Notes: generated by a model from the sequence alone, not told the origin. Shown: positions 28,900 through 38,540, counted from the stretch's first letter. The stretch is 64,000 nt of DNA from Halioglobus sp. (GCA_028825045.1 JAPKAY010000011.1:17161-81160), one strand, 5' to 3'. Numbers and translations are program-made.

Positions 28900-29925
28900 T
28901 CACCCAGCCTGCAATTGCCTGATTACTGCGGCCACCAGCTCATCATCGGCAGGGTTGTCCGGCATGGGAAAAGTGACCCGGCTCGTGAGGTCGGCGTAAC
29001 GTTCTCGGAAAACGTCGGCAATGTGCGTGTAGTCTCCGCGGGGAACAAATCGATCCAGCATCTCATCAGTGACAATCTGCGGCATCTCTTCCCACTGACC
29101 ACTTCGCGTCATGTCCAACAGCTGCTGTCCTTTATCCTTCCAACCAAACAGTTCGAGGCTCGGCCAATACGCAGGCGTCGAATACAGAAAACCCAGCATA
29201 CTTCGCTGTTTTTCCCAGGCAGCTGCGACCTCAGCCTCGTCTTTGCCGGTGGCCGTCAGCGGACCAATTATCAGTTTGAAGTTTTGTGGGTCGCGCTCGC
29301 CCAGTTCATATCCTGCCTGCAGCCGCGGAAGACACACCTCACGAATATACTCTGGCGGCGAGTTCGTGGGATGGGTGATCATACCGTCGGCGATCCTTCC
29401 CACCATTTTTGTCATGGCAGGGCCTACCGCCCCGCATAGAATGGGGATATTAGGGTGCTCTATTGGACCTGGATTGAAAAACGGTTGTAGCTTGGTCAGC
29501 GTGTAGTGAGTGCCCTCAAAATTAAGGCGCTCACCTGTCTGGAAGCTGTGGAAGATAGCCCGCGTGGCCTGCACGTATTCCCGCAGTTGCGGCACGGGGG
29601 AATCCCAACGCGCACTATAGCGTTTTTCGATATTGGGCTTTATTTGTGTACCCAGTCCCAACTCAAAACGCCCACCCGACATAGACTGCAGATCCCATGC
29701 AGCGATCGCCGTGGTCATCGGACTGCGCGGGAAGGCCACGAGGACGGAGGTGCCCACAATGAGTGAGTTCGTGGCGTTGAGCGCCATGACCGCAAGCAGA
29801 AGCCCATCGTGAATGGCGTCAGGCACCTGTAAGCCGTCGAAACCCATCGCTTCGGCACGCGCGGCATGCACGCCAATGTCACCAGGACCCATGTCTTGCG
29901 GCGTTGAAGCAAAAACCTCGAACAT
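28900..29925 (-). CDS. LLM-class oxidoreductase, TIGR03617-like (predicted F420-dependent)
   Basis: AE..GFDG, HD, AFPRSP, AWDLQ..SGGRF.LGLGTQIK..IEKRYS and GAVGP.MT. Confidence 0.8.
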   Translation of the reverse strand: MFEVFASTPQDMGPGDIGVHAARAEAMGFDGLQVPDAIHDGLLLAVMALNATNSLIVGTSVLVAFPRSPMTTAIAAWDLQSMSGGRFELGLGTQIKPNIEKRYSARWDSPVPQLREYVQATRAIFHSFQTGERLNFEGTHYTLTKLQPFFNPGPIEHPNIPILCGAVGPAMTKMVGRIADGMITHPTNSPPEYIREVCLPRLQAGYELGERDPQNFKLIIGPLTATGKDEAEVAAAWEKQRSMLGFLYSTPAYWPSLELFGWKDKGQQLLDMTRSGQWEEMPQIVTDEMLDRFVPRGDYTHIADVFRERYADLTSRVTFPMPDNPADDELVAAVIRQLQAG

Positions 29926-29954
29926 AGCTTGACCTTTTTTAATTTACAAAGCTA

Positions 29955-29983
29955 AACTGATTATAAGATTAACTGATTATAAG
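29955..29983. promoter_or_regulatory. Perfect 13-bp direct repeat AACTGATTATAAG x2 between the divergent LLM and MarR genes
   Basis: Copies at 29955..29967 and 29971..29983 (16-bp period) in a 67-bp AT-rich gap. Confidence 0.6.
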
Positions 29984-29992
29984 CAAATTGCA

Positions 29993-30445
29993 ATGCACAA
30001 AGACTCCCAGAGTCGCCAGGAAATTGGCCAAACCCTGATGCTCATGGCCAGAGATTTTCAACAGCGACTGGACAGTGATATGCACCAACGGGGCGTAGAG
30101 GGAATCGGGTCCCGCCACCGCGCCATTTTTCTCTTTCTGGGACGCAATGGTCCCAGTCGAGCGGTAGACCTTGCAGAGGCAGCAGGCATCCGGCCACAGT
30201 CAATGATGAAAATCGTACATGAACTGGAGTCTCTGGAACTGGTAGAACGCAGCGAAGACCCCAACGACTCACGCGCCAAGTTAATACAGTTTACTGCTCA
30301 GGGTCGACAACTCATCGTCGAGCTGTCGCACTCCACTGAAACTGTTTGGCAACAGTACGCCGACATACTCGGTGACAGGGAATTGGAAAATACATTTAAG
30401 CACCTCAACACACTATTGCACGCGGGAGAGAAAAACGGTGAGTAA
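29993..30445 (+). CDS. MarR family regulator
   Basis: DLAEAAGIRPQSMMKIVHELE..ELVER..DPNDSRAK..FT..GR winged helix. Confidence 0.9.
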   Translation: MHKDSQSRQEIGQTLMLMARDFQQRLDSDMHQRGVEGIGSRHRAIFLFLGRNGPSRAVDLAEAAGIRPQSMMKIVHELESLELVERSEDPNDSRAKLIQFTAQGRQLIVELSHSTETVWQQYADILGDRELENTFKHLNTLLHAGEKNGE

Positions 30446-30563
30446 CCTAATCGCTTCGATCAACCGCGCCGGTCGCGGGGCTGACGCTGAGTCCCCTGTC
30501 GGCCTGACGATCGCTAAAGAATTCAACCTGTTAAAATTGCCCTCACGCCTGGAGCACTAAAGT

Positions 30564-31334
30564 ATGAGTACAGTCCTGCTGGAAAAACACGATAGTTTTG
30601 CAGTTGTCACGCTCAATCGTCCGAATGCAATGAACGCTCTCTCGCGGGAACTGCGTAGCGATTTTGTACGTGTTTTCGCCGCATGCAGCGACGACCCCGA
30701 AATACGCGTGATCATTTTAACCGGTGCAGGCAAGGCTTTTTGCGCCGGTTTCGATCTTAAAGAGCTTGGTGCCAATGATACGGTCAACACTGCAGAGGAA
30801 GCAGACAATGTCGTGGCGCGGGCGATGGAAGATTTTCAGGGCCCCATAATCGGCGCGATCAACGGTCACTGCATTACCGGAGGTTTTGAAATGGCTCTGG
30901 CTTGCGACATCCTGATCGCATCCGAAAACGCCCGCTTTGCGGATACGCACGCCCGCGTTGGCATGCTGCCAGGCTGGGGACTCAGCCAAAAGCTACCGCG
31001 GATGATCGGCCTTTCCCGGGCCAGGGAAATAGCTTTTACCGGCGCACCAATCTTCGCCCAGCAGGCTTATGACTGGGGCCTGGTTAACCATGTGGTAGCC
31101 TCAGATGACTTACTACCCAAAGCGATCAGTATGGCGCGGGATATATGCGCCTGCGTGCCTCAGGTTTTGGCGCAGTATCAGACCCTGATCAGCGACGGCT
31201 ACTCTATGCCGCTGGCAGACGCCCTGTCGTGGGAAGAAGCACGTGCAATCTGGTGGGCGGAGCAGGCTTCGGGCGCGACGATTGAACAGCGGCGCTCCGG
31301 GATATTAGAGAAAGGACGTAGCGAAACGAGGTGA
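30564..31334 (+). CDS. Enoyl-CoA hydratase/isomerase (crotonase)
   Basis: TLNRP..MNAL, AFCAGFDLKE, GAINGHCITGGFEMALACD and FADTHARVG. Confidence 0.92.
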   Translation: MSTVLLEKHDSFAVVTLNRPNAMNALSRELRSDFVRVFAACSDDPEIRVIILTGAGKAFCAGFDLKELGANDTVNTAEEADNVVARAMEDFQGPIIGAINGHCITGGFEMALACDILIASENARFADTHARVGMLPGWGLSQKLPRMIGLSRAREIAFTGAPIFAQQAYDWGLVNHVVASDDLLPKAISMARDICACVPQVLAQYQTLISDGYSMPLADALSWEEARAIWWAEQASGATIEQRRSGILEKGRSETR

Positions 31335-31379
31335 TATCCCCCAACATGTTAGTGACCTCTACGTTGATCTGGTGCGATT

Positions 31380-31405
31380 TTAGTCATCTTTGAATCGATG
31401 ACTAA
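31380..31405. promoter_or_regulatory. Inverted repeat TTAGTCATC-N8-GATGACTAA upstream of the PhyH gene
   Basis: Perfect 9-bp arms about 40 bp upstream of ATG 31446. Confidence 0.35.
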
Positions 31406-31445
31406 TTTCGGTACTATCGTTATCAGTGAGTTACAGGATGGAAAC

Positions 31446-32519
31446 ATGATTCAAAAAGCAACATCACGCGTTCAACATTGCTTGCAGGAAGTGCAACCGC
31501 TCATCGAAAACGGTGATTGGCGCAGTGCCTATGAGGCACTCGCGGCTGAGAATCGCAAACATTCTGACGAGCAGTTGGAACGGGCCCTCATCGATATATT
31601 GCTGCAGGCCGCAGATTCGACCGGGGCTGTCGAACAGGCCAAACCTGGGGCTGCTCCGATTCCCCCGCCAGGCTCTGCAACATGCGGCGTTATACCCGAA
31701 GTTTCTGCCACCGAGTTAACTGCAAGCAAACTGCAGGAAGCCATCGACAATCATGGATATCTGTTGGTTCGGGGTCTTCTCTCGGCAGAGTGCTCGGCGA
31801 CTCTGTGTGAAACAATTTATAATGCATTGCACGCACGGATTGCGGCGGCCAATAGTGAGTCACCCGGTTCATCAAACGGGCCCTGGTTCTATGAGTCGCC
31901 CCACTTCCCCGGCGGTCATGCCGCATTTTCCACACAGAACAATAGCCGAAAATTCAATGGGAACGGTTCCATCAGAGTCGCAGACTCACCGCGTGGAGCC
32001 TTTCAGGTCCTGGAACAGTTTCGAGCCTTAAATCTAAAGCCTCTACTGGCTGAGTATTTTGGGGAACCGGCTCACATTGCCTCCAGGAAATGGGTTTTCC
32101 GTATGGTCTCTCCCCGTATCGTGGGCGACGGTGTTGGTGGAGGCTGGCACCAGGATGGGCAATTTATGGGCGCAGATGCCAGAGCCCTGAATATGTGGGT
32201 CGCACTGAGCGATTGCGGCGACTCGACATCTGCCCCGGGACTTGCGCTCATTCCCAAGCGGATTCACAAAATTATGGAGTATGGCTCTGGCGGCGCAAAC
32301 CTGGGGTGGACCGTGGGAAAAGAGTTGATCGAGGAACTTGCCGAAGAAGCCCCCGTCATCCGCCCCTATTTCGCGGCGGGCGATGCATTGTTTTTTGATC
32401 ACCTGAGTTTGCATCGGTCAGGCCACGCCCAGGGCCAGGAAGGCAGTCGCTACGCACTTGAATCGTGGTTCTATGCGTCATCAGGAAACGCCGGCAACTA
32501 TGTGATGCCACTCTATTGA
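31446..32519 (+). CDS. Phytanoyl-CoA dioxygenase (PhyH)-like Fe(II)/2-oxoglutarate enzyme
   Basis: GWHQDG (HxD), LNMWVALSDC, AGDALFFDH..LHRS and RYALESWF. Confidence 0.75.
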   Translation: MIQKATSRVQHCLQEVQPLIENGDWRSAYEALAAENRKHSDEQLERALIDILLQAADSTGAVEQAKPGAAPIPPPGSATCGVIPEVSATELTASKLQEAIDNHGYLLVRGLLSAECSATLCETIYNALHARIAAANSESPGSSNGPWFYESPHFPGGHAAFSTQNNSRKFNGNGSIRVADSPRGAFQVLEQFRALNLKPLLAEYFGEPAHIASRKWVFRMVSPRIVGDGVGGGWHQDGQFMGADARALNMWVALSDCGDSTSAPGLALIPKRIHKIMEYGSGGANLGWTVGKELIEELAEEAPVIRPYFAAGDALFFDHLSLHRSGHAQGQEGSRYALESWFYASSGNAGNYVMPLY

Positions 32520-32578
32520 TTTTTAGCCCGCCCTCGCCGCACGGCCGCGCGTTAGAGGCATCCAGGGGGAAATTTGGC

Positions 32579-32635
32579 GCCATGTCTCCTGGGGTCGAAT
32601 TGAAAAAACGCGATAATCGGACAAGGAGACATGGC
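32579..32635. repeat. 12-bp inverted repeat GCCATGTCTCCT-N33-AGGAGACATGGC, each arm being an RBS plus ATG
   Basis: Arms at 32579..32590 and 32624..32635. Confidence 0.6.
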
Positions 32636-32760
32636 CAAGAACAGACCAGTATTCAAATAGCCTAGGCGAAATCCCTTCGGTATAGGTCGCACACCGCGTC
32701 ACAGGCAGGCCTATGAAATACTCCCAGCTCAAGAATTTCCGATTCGTTAAGACTACCTAA

Positions 32761-33816
32761 ATGCGTACCGGTTCCCCAGCCCCCAAACCATCCCCCTCCC
32801 GCCTGCGTCGTTGGTCATATATGCTTTCCGGTGTACTGGTTGGCGCACTGTTTCTGTATTTGACTGCTCGCAACGTTGATCTAGACAAAGCTGCGGCCGC
32901 AATCTACGCGATTAACGGATGGTGGATGGTGCCCTTAGCCGTTGTCTATAGTTTGACTTTCTTTGTCCGCAGCCTGCGCTGGCAGCTCATGTTTCCGGAT
33001 GATAGTCGACCCTCGCTACGCCACACCATAGATGCGTTCATGATAGGCAAGGTCAGCAACAACTTCCTCCCCGGAAGACTTGGTGAACTGATTCGAGCTG
33101 CCGTGATCGGTCGCATCTTACCCAAGGTCGGACTAACGGGCTCACTGGCCACAATCGTACTGGAAAAATTTTTTGATCTACTCGCTGTAATATTGCTTCT
33201 GGGTATAGCGCTTCTGTCTGCTCCCCTGCCACCTTGGGTTAGCAATGCCGGACTCGCCTTGATCGCCACTGCACTACTCATCCTCCTGACCTTAGTGGCA
33301 GCAGGCAAAGTGGGTGCTCGTGTTTCGTACGCCTCAGGCAATGGCCCCGATTCGGGGGTGGTTGATCGAGTCAAACGGTTGACACGCCAGACCTTACAAA
33401 AATTCTCGACCGGACTCTTCGCCCTGAGATCTTTGCGTCATTTGACGGCGCTGAGTGCCCTTACCCTCTTCCTCTGGTTCTGGGAGGTGATCATTATTTA
33501 CATTTGTTTGCAGGCATTTTCGATCCCAGTGCCCTTTACCGCCGCTATCGTCGCCCTGGTATTTCTTTGCTTGGGTACCATGCTCCCCACCGCTCCGGGG
33601 TTTATTGGCACCTACCAGCTATTTATTGTGGCGGCACTGCAGTTATACGCTGTCCCCGAAACAAGTGCCTTCGCACTTTCCGTGTTCCTGAACCTGTTCA
33701 TGATTGTTATATCCTCGATTTTGGGCGCCGTGGCCATAGTGCTCGATGGGGGCCTATTCAATTTGAAACAAGTGCTCTCCTCTCTCAGCAAGAGCGACTC
33801 CATAAATCGGCCTTGA
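32761..33816 (+). CDS. Lysylphosphatidylglycerol-synthase TM / flippase-like protein (UPF0104)
   Basis: RSLRW, NNFLPGRLGELIRA, LEKFFDL and PTAPGFIGTY, with multiple TM helices. Confidence 0.88.
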   Translation: MRTGSPAPKPSPSRLRRWSYMLSGVLVGALFLYLTARNVDLDKAAAAIYAINGWWMVPLAVVYSLTFFVRSLRWQLMFPDDSRPSLRHTIDAFMIGKVSNNFLPGRLGELIRAAVIGRILPKVGLTGSLATIVLEKFFDLLAVILLLGIALLSAPLPPWVSNAGLALIATALLILLTLVAAGKVGARVSYASGNGPDSGVVDRVKRLTRQTLQKFSTGLFALRSLRHLTALSALTLFLWFWEVIIIYICLQAFSIPVPFTAAIVALVFLCLGTMLPTAPGFIGTYQLFIVAALQLYAVPETSAFALSVFLNLFMIVISSILGAVAIVLDGGLFNLKQVLSSLSKSDSINRP

Positions 33817-34163
33817 CTTTCCATTTTTGATGACAGTATTTGCCCAAAAACCGATTTTGATCATGTGACGATGGCAGGTATTTATGAAGGCAAACGAAAC
33901 GAAAAATACACAACATGCAATTAGCAGGCTAAACTAGAGGAGCAACGGGCAGAAAAGTGTTTCTTGGAAAACGGCCCGGTGGTGCCATATGGTCTGACGA
34001 CGTCCAGTAGAACGTAGATAGATCCACTCCACACAAAATTCAAACAATGGCACAGCATGATGCAATTCGGCAGCACGTTCTGCCTAACACGTACGGGCAA
34101 CAGGGACAGCTATATAGTGTCTGCTCCTGCTGTAGGCTTTAACTTAATAAGGAGCATCTTATA

Positions 34164-34430
34164 GTGCAGGAGAAAATTACCGTAGTAGTTGATTACCTAA
34201 ACGAAGTAAAAACGCGTTGCACGTTCAATGCGGCGGCTGAAGCAATAGGTATAACACCGCAAGCTCTAAAAAAGCTGTTAGGTGCGCCGCGCCCGGAAGT
34301 CTCCTGGTTTGTTAGCCCAACGTCAGGTGAGCCAATGCGTTACGATGACAGCGAGAAGCATCCTGAGCTTTATCGCACTAAGCGTATTATTACATCGTCA
34401 AAGGTTTTAAAACGTAATCTTGACCTGTAA
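34164..34430 (+). CDS. Small hypothetical protein (88 aa) with possible HTH-like segment
   Basis: Strong RBS AAGGAG plus GTG; segment FNAAAEAIGITPQALKKLL; followed by a hairpin. Confidence 0.65.
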   Translation: MQEKITVVVDYLNEVKTRCTFNAAAEAIGITPQALKKLLGAPRPEVSWFVSPTSGEPMRYDDSEKHPELYRTKRIITSSKVLKRNLDL

Positions 34431-34452
34431 AAAATTGGCCAGTTACTCAAAC

Positions 34453-34492
34453 GAGGCAATTTCAAAAAGGGGCTTCGCCCCTAAATTGCCTC
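34453..34492. terminator. Extended hairpin, probable (bidirectional) intrinsic terminator
   Basis: GAGGCAATTT/AAATTGCCTC outer stem and AGGGGC-TTC-GCCCCT inner stem. The A-run gives a U-tract on the minus strand. Lies between convergent genes. Confidence 0.7.
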
Positions 34493-34656
34493 TCGGTAAA
34501 TCGTTTAAATCTAGCTTTGGCGAGGGCCACTTAGAGGCGTTAAGGGGCTGCACCTGAACCCCTGAGCAGGCGATGTTTTAGGCCGCTTTCGCCTGTGCGC
34601 GGGACTTAATAGCGTAGAGAATTCTCTGGTATTATAAATACCGTTCCCGCACTCGA

Positions 34657-36165
34657 CTAATTAGCCACCAATTCAGGATCGCCTGGCATCCAGGTCTTAT
34701 CGTAGAAAGCGTCCAATGGACCATACAGGCGCAGAATAGTGTTCCAACCTTTGCCTGGATCGGTTTGAATCCAGTTGTTCTGCTGCCCTTCCGGCGCTTT
34801 GGGACCAAAGTAGACATCGTAAGAGCCATCAGCGTTTTGCTTCAACCCCTCCTTATTGCTGTCGATACCTGGAAACCGCTGATTGGTCTGGAGCATGCCA
34901 CGAGTCTGATTGTCGTAGAGCGTAAACGACCAGAAGTCCTTGGCGGGAACATTTTTGGGCAGATTGACCTTGTAGGTCTTACTTCCGTCGAGGGCATTGT
35001 CATCTTCGTCGAGATAGGCAATGGCATACTGCGACCCTTTGCCGACGTTCTTGATTGCCATAGCGGGCGTGATTCCCGTCGCATAGAAGTGCATATAGAT
35101 ACGAGAATCCAGGAGACGCTCTCCATCCAGCAGGAAGTCATAGCGGCCCTCAATGAATGGATTGGTCCAGATACGCTCGCCGGGATAAAGGTAGTGACGC
35201 TGGTCCACTGGGCGAGCCGTGAGAGCCCGAGCAGTCACAGAGCCAATCATTGCCGCCTCGGTGAGGATTGCCTTCATCCGTGCATCGGGCTTGAATTCCT
35301 TACCCTTTTTGATGCCGATGGCAGCCAGCAGCCCACGCGTTTCTGGATCTAGCCCTTCCATGGGTTCAGCCTGGATGGTCGAATTGAGCTCATCCCAGTA
35401 GCCGTAGTCCATACGATGTATTGTATTGTCGAATTGTCCAGAGATGTTCACGAAGGTCATTTTCGGAGGGTTGTCTTTCTGAGAAAGCGGGTACATTCGA
35501 AACAGTTTCTTGGTTGCCTCCACCGCTACTTTGGGTGAGCCATCAACTTGAAATCCGCGCCAAATGACCCAGTTTCCATAAGTTGGAGTGTGCGCAACGT
35601 GATAGCCATCCGGGATATTACCATCATAGCCCGGCGGCACAATTAAAAACCTGCCACCCTTACCCTCATCTGGGCCGGCATTACCGAAATCCATCACATA
35701 CTGGAACCATGCATCATTAATGAATCCCAATACATTAGGTGGAGTTTCGATAACCATTGGTTCGTCTCCCAGCTCAAGCCAGGAGGCCATGTAGACCGAG
35801 GTGGTATTTGGCGTAAGCCACAGTGCTTTAGAATCCATGAGGTCTTCAAACAGTACGGCCGTGGTATTCGCTGGCCCGTGCTTTAGCAGCCCTTGTTTCA
35901 TCGCATACATGGAAGCGATTGGAATGCCGTTGAGGAATGCCTCGGTAGCCCGATTTAGGTCGAGGTTGTCGTAGACTTTTTGAGTGGTCGCAGCGTCCGG
36001 TACGCCATCTACGGATATTAAGTTGCCGATGGAAGTTTCAAGCATATCCGGCGTTTCTATTCCCTGCGGGATGGGTGTGGCCATCTTCATTTTTGGTGAT
36101 TCGGCCCACGATTGGATAGTGAGCGTACTGACGAACATGCTAGTTAAAAGGTATCTAAGTTTCAT
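34657..36165 (-). CDS. Secreted DUF1254/DUF1214 domain protein
   Basis: Signal peptide; LTPNTTSVY, D.GNAGPD.GKGG, GSQY, LDG...Y, PAKDFWS.TLYD, NW.QT.PGKGW and LRLYGP. Confidence 0.88.
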   Translation of the reverse strand: MKLRYLLTSMFVSTLTIQSWAESPKMKMATPIPQGIETPDMLETSIGNLISVDGVPDAATTQKVYDNLDLNRATEAFLNGIPIASMYAMKQGLLKHGPANTTAVLFEDLMDSKALWLTPNTTSVYMASWLELGDEPMVIETPPNVLGFINDAWFQYVMDFGNAGPDEGKGGRFLIVPPGYDGNIPDGYHVAHTPTYGNWVIWRGFQVDGSPKVAVEATKKLFRMYPLSQKDNPPKMTFVNISGQFDNTIHRMDYGYWDELNSTIQAEPMEGLDPETRGLLAAIGIKKGKEFKPDARMKAILTEAAMIGSVTARALTARPVDQRHYLYPGERIWTNPFIEGRYDFLLDGERLLDSRIYMHFYATGITPAMAIKNVGKGSQYAIAYLDEDDNALDGSKTYKVNLPKNVPAKDFWSFTLYDNQTRGMLQTNQRFPGIDSNKEGLKQNADGSYDVYFGPKAPEGQQNNWIQTDPGKGWNTILRLYGPLDAFYDKTWMPGDPELVAN

Positions 36166-36409
36166 GGATTTCCCTGTCTAGGTACATTTTAGTGTAGTTC
36201 GATTGGCGGTAGGTTGAGCGTAGCCTTTGACCGACGCCGCCAAAACCCCAATTGCAAGATAGTCATTACTGCCTATGTAGTCTAGCCCGATATGCATAAA
36301 ATTGGATGAATTTCCGATCTATTTTAGACGAAGATCATCCCTTCGTGCGACAACCTGCTCTATACTCGGTTCTCAAACTAAGCAGGCATACACGGCAAGG
36401 AAAAACCAT

Positions 36410-37177
36410 ATGACTCGACTGGCAGGCAAGGTAGCCATTGTAACGGGCGGCGCCCGCGGTATGGGTGAAGCAACGGTCCGCTTACTGCTGGAAGAAGGTG
36501 CACGGGTTCTTATTGGCGATGTGCTAGATGAGCCCGGACAGGCGCTGGCCAATGCGCTGGGAGAGGACGTTATCTACACGCATCTGGATGTGTCGCAAAA
36601 AAGCGACTGGGAAGCGGCCGTTAAAAAAACAGCGCAACTCGGTCCGCTGACAGTATTAGTTAACAACGCGGCGATCCTATTCCAAAAAACCATCATGGAT
36701 ACCAGCGAGGAAGACTTTCTGAAGATCGTTAGTGTTAATCAGCTGGGCGTCTTTCTCGGCATGCAGTCGGTTTTTCCCAACCTAAAAGCAAATGGGGGCG
36801 GCTCGATTATCAACGTTTCATCGGTTGACGGCCTGCAGTCCAAAAACTCTCTGGTTGCTTACTCCTCTACCAAATGGGCCGTGAGAGGCATGACCAAAGC
36901 AGCCGCATTGGAAATGGGAAAATTTAATATCCGGGTCAACAGCGTGCACCCCGGGGGAATCTATACTTCGATGCACGGTGCTGAATTCATGACCCAGGAA
37001 GATGCAAATCAGTTTTACCAACACCATGCAATCCCCCGCGTGGGCATGCCCCGAGAGGTCGCGGCGCTAACGGCATTCCTCGCCTCGGATGAAGCGACAT
37101 ACAGTACGGGAGCGGAATTCATTGCGGACGGCGGCTGGAGCGCCGGACTGGTCAATGACGCCTTGCCGCAGCTTTAG
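36410..37177 (+). CDS. SDR, 3-alpha(20-beta)-hydroxysteroid dehydrogenase-like
   Basis: LAGKVAIVTGGARGMG, HLDVS, VNNAA, NVSSV, YSSTKWAVRGMTK.AALE, NSVHPG and STGAEF.ADGG. Start ATG 36410. Confidence 0.85.
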   Translation: MTRLAGKVAIVTGGARGMGEATVRLLLEEGARVLIGDVLDEPGQALANALGEDVIYTHLDVSQKSDWEAAVKKTAQLGPLTVLVNNAAILFQKTIMDTSEEDFLKIVSVNQLGVFLGMQSVFPNLKANGGGSIINVSSVDGLQSKNSLVAYSSTKWAVRGMTKAAALEMGKFNIRVNSVHPGGIYTSMHGAEFMTQEDANQFYQHHAIPRVGMPREVAALTAFLASDEATYSTGAEFIADGGWSAGLVNDALPQL

Positions 37178-37208
37178 TCGAGGTATGGTTAGATCAGGCC
37201 TCGACTAA
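37174..37208. terminator. 10-bp inverted repeat between convergent SDR and LLM genes
   Basis: TTAGTCGAGG-N15-CCTCGACTAA. Confidence 0.45.
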
Positions 37209-37239
37209 CCTCACGCGATACGACGGTATAGAACCATTG

Positions 37240-38340
37240 CTAGAGTCCCGTTCCCGGTGGGGACGACATAAACCACGGGTCGTGCTTGTCGAAGTACCCT
37301 ACCCGCCTCACAGCGCGATAGGCCTCAAGCAAGCCCCCGACCTGCCGGGGTAAGCTTCCATGAAATAGCACGCCATCGGCACCAGCATCAAATTGATCAT
37401 TAATGCGATTGGCACAGTGCCCTGCACTTCCCAACGCCGCCGACTCTGGCATCCAGTGATCCGGGAACAGCGAGGTCACTTCTGCTGTCTCGTAACGGGT
37501 GAAATCCTGATCGGCAGATTTTCCGCCCTCAAATAACGGATGGTTCCTGATCTTAGTCAATACCGCCGGATCCCAGTCGTTAATTTTGCACAGCAGCTCT
37601 CCATAGTTCTGCATGTGAATGTAGGTCAACAAGCGAGCGGGGCCAATCGCCAGGGTTTCCTCTTCGCTTTGATCGGCGGCAATAACCAGGGTCGCCCACA
37701 CCTTGCATGCGCTTCGTTCGCGGCCAGCGTGCTCTGCAGCACCGCGCACTATCTGTGCCGATTCGGCAATGGCTTTATCTGTCAGGCAGGGATGCAATAG
37801 CACTCCGTCGTAATGACGACCGGCCAGCGCCAGCGCTTTTGGCCCCATGGCACCCAACAACATCGGCGGCGCCTCTTGGGGAGGCTCACTCATATACAGA
37901 TAGGGAAAATTCCCCAGCGAATTTTCCCCAGAAAATGTCCCACCACTCCATAAGCCGCGCAACACTTCCGAAATCTCCCTCAAACCCTGAAGGTTGGCCC
38001 GTTTCGTGCCGAAGATATCGTACAAGGCATCGAAGCCACGGGCGAAACCCATTGCAAACCGATTGTCGGACAAATGGCTCATTGTCGCGCCAAAAGAGCA
38101 CAGTTCCATAGGATGGTGCGTGGGGTAGTTCATCAGGCCCGTGGCAATTTTTATCTGCGACGTGATTGCGGCAGCCGCGCCGCACAACACCTCGACATTT
38201 TTAAAATCGTAGCGTTCGGCCGGCCATACCGACCCGATACCAAGCCGCTCGGCCAAGGGCACCTCCTCCAGCGTTCTTTTTGGATCACTGATCCGCCCTG
38301 GCAGTGTGTAAATACCCAGTTCTGGAAATTCCTGACTCAT
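37240..38340 (-). CDS. LLM-class oxidoreductase, TIGR03857-like (predicted F420-dependent)
   Basis: ELGIYTLPG, AERLGIGS...ER...K, G..RG, GAMGPKAL..AG..YDGV.LH and FDAGADGV.FHG. Start ATG 38340. Confidence 0.75.
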   Translation of the reverse strand: MSQEFPELGIYTLPGRISDPKRTLEEVPLAERLGIGSVWPAERYDFKNVEVLCGAAAAITSQIKIATGLMNYPTHHPMELCSFGATMSHLSDNRFAMGFARGFDALYDIFGTKRANLQGLREISEVLRGLWSGGTFSGENSLGNFPYLYMSEPPQEAPPMLLGAMGPKALALAGRHYDGVLLHPCLTDKAIAESAQIVRGAAEHAGRERSACKVWATLVIAADQSEEETLAIGPARLLTYIHMQNYGELLCKINDWDPAVLTKIRNHPLFEGGKSADQDFTRYETAEVTSLFPDHWMPESAALGSAGHCANRINDQFDAGADGVLFHGSLPRQVGGLLEAYRAVRRVGYFDKHDPWFMSSPPGTGL

Positions 38341-38540
38341 ACGACTATTCACTCCCAAATAGATCCTGCGCACTCCAACGGATGCGATCAAAGACAGTGT
38401 AGACAAGCGCGCGCACTGTCACCACACTCGCCTTTAAAAGAAACCTTGCTTTACAAAGTACGCCGCTTGCGCCCGCTTTCATATCGCCCTATTGTTACGC
38501 CTGTTAATATTCTCACAACAATAAAATGCAAGAGGCGCAC

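Noticed and set aside
37229-37242. TAGAACCATTGCTA resembling a KstR box
   Set aside because: Right half lacks GTT, and the site lies at a convergent gene junction overlapping a stop codon.
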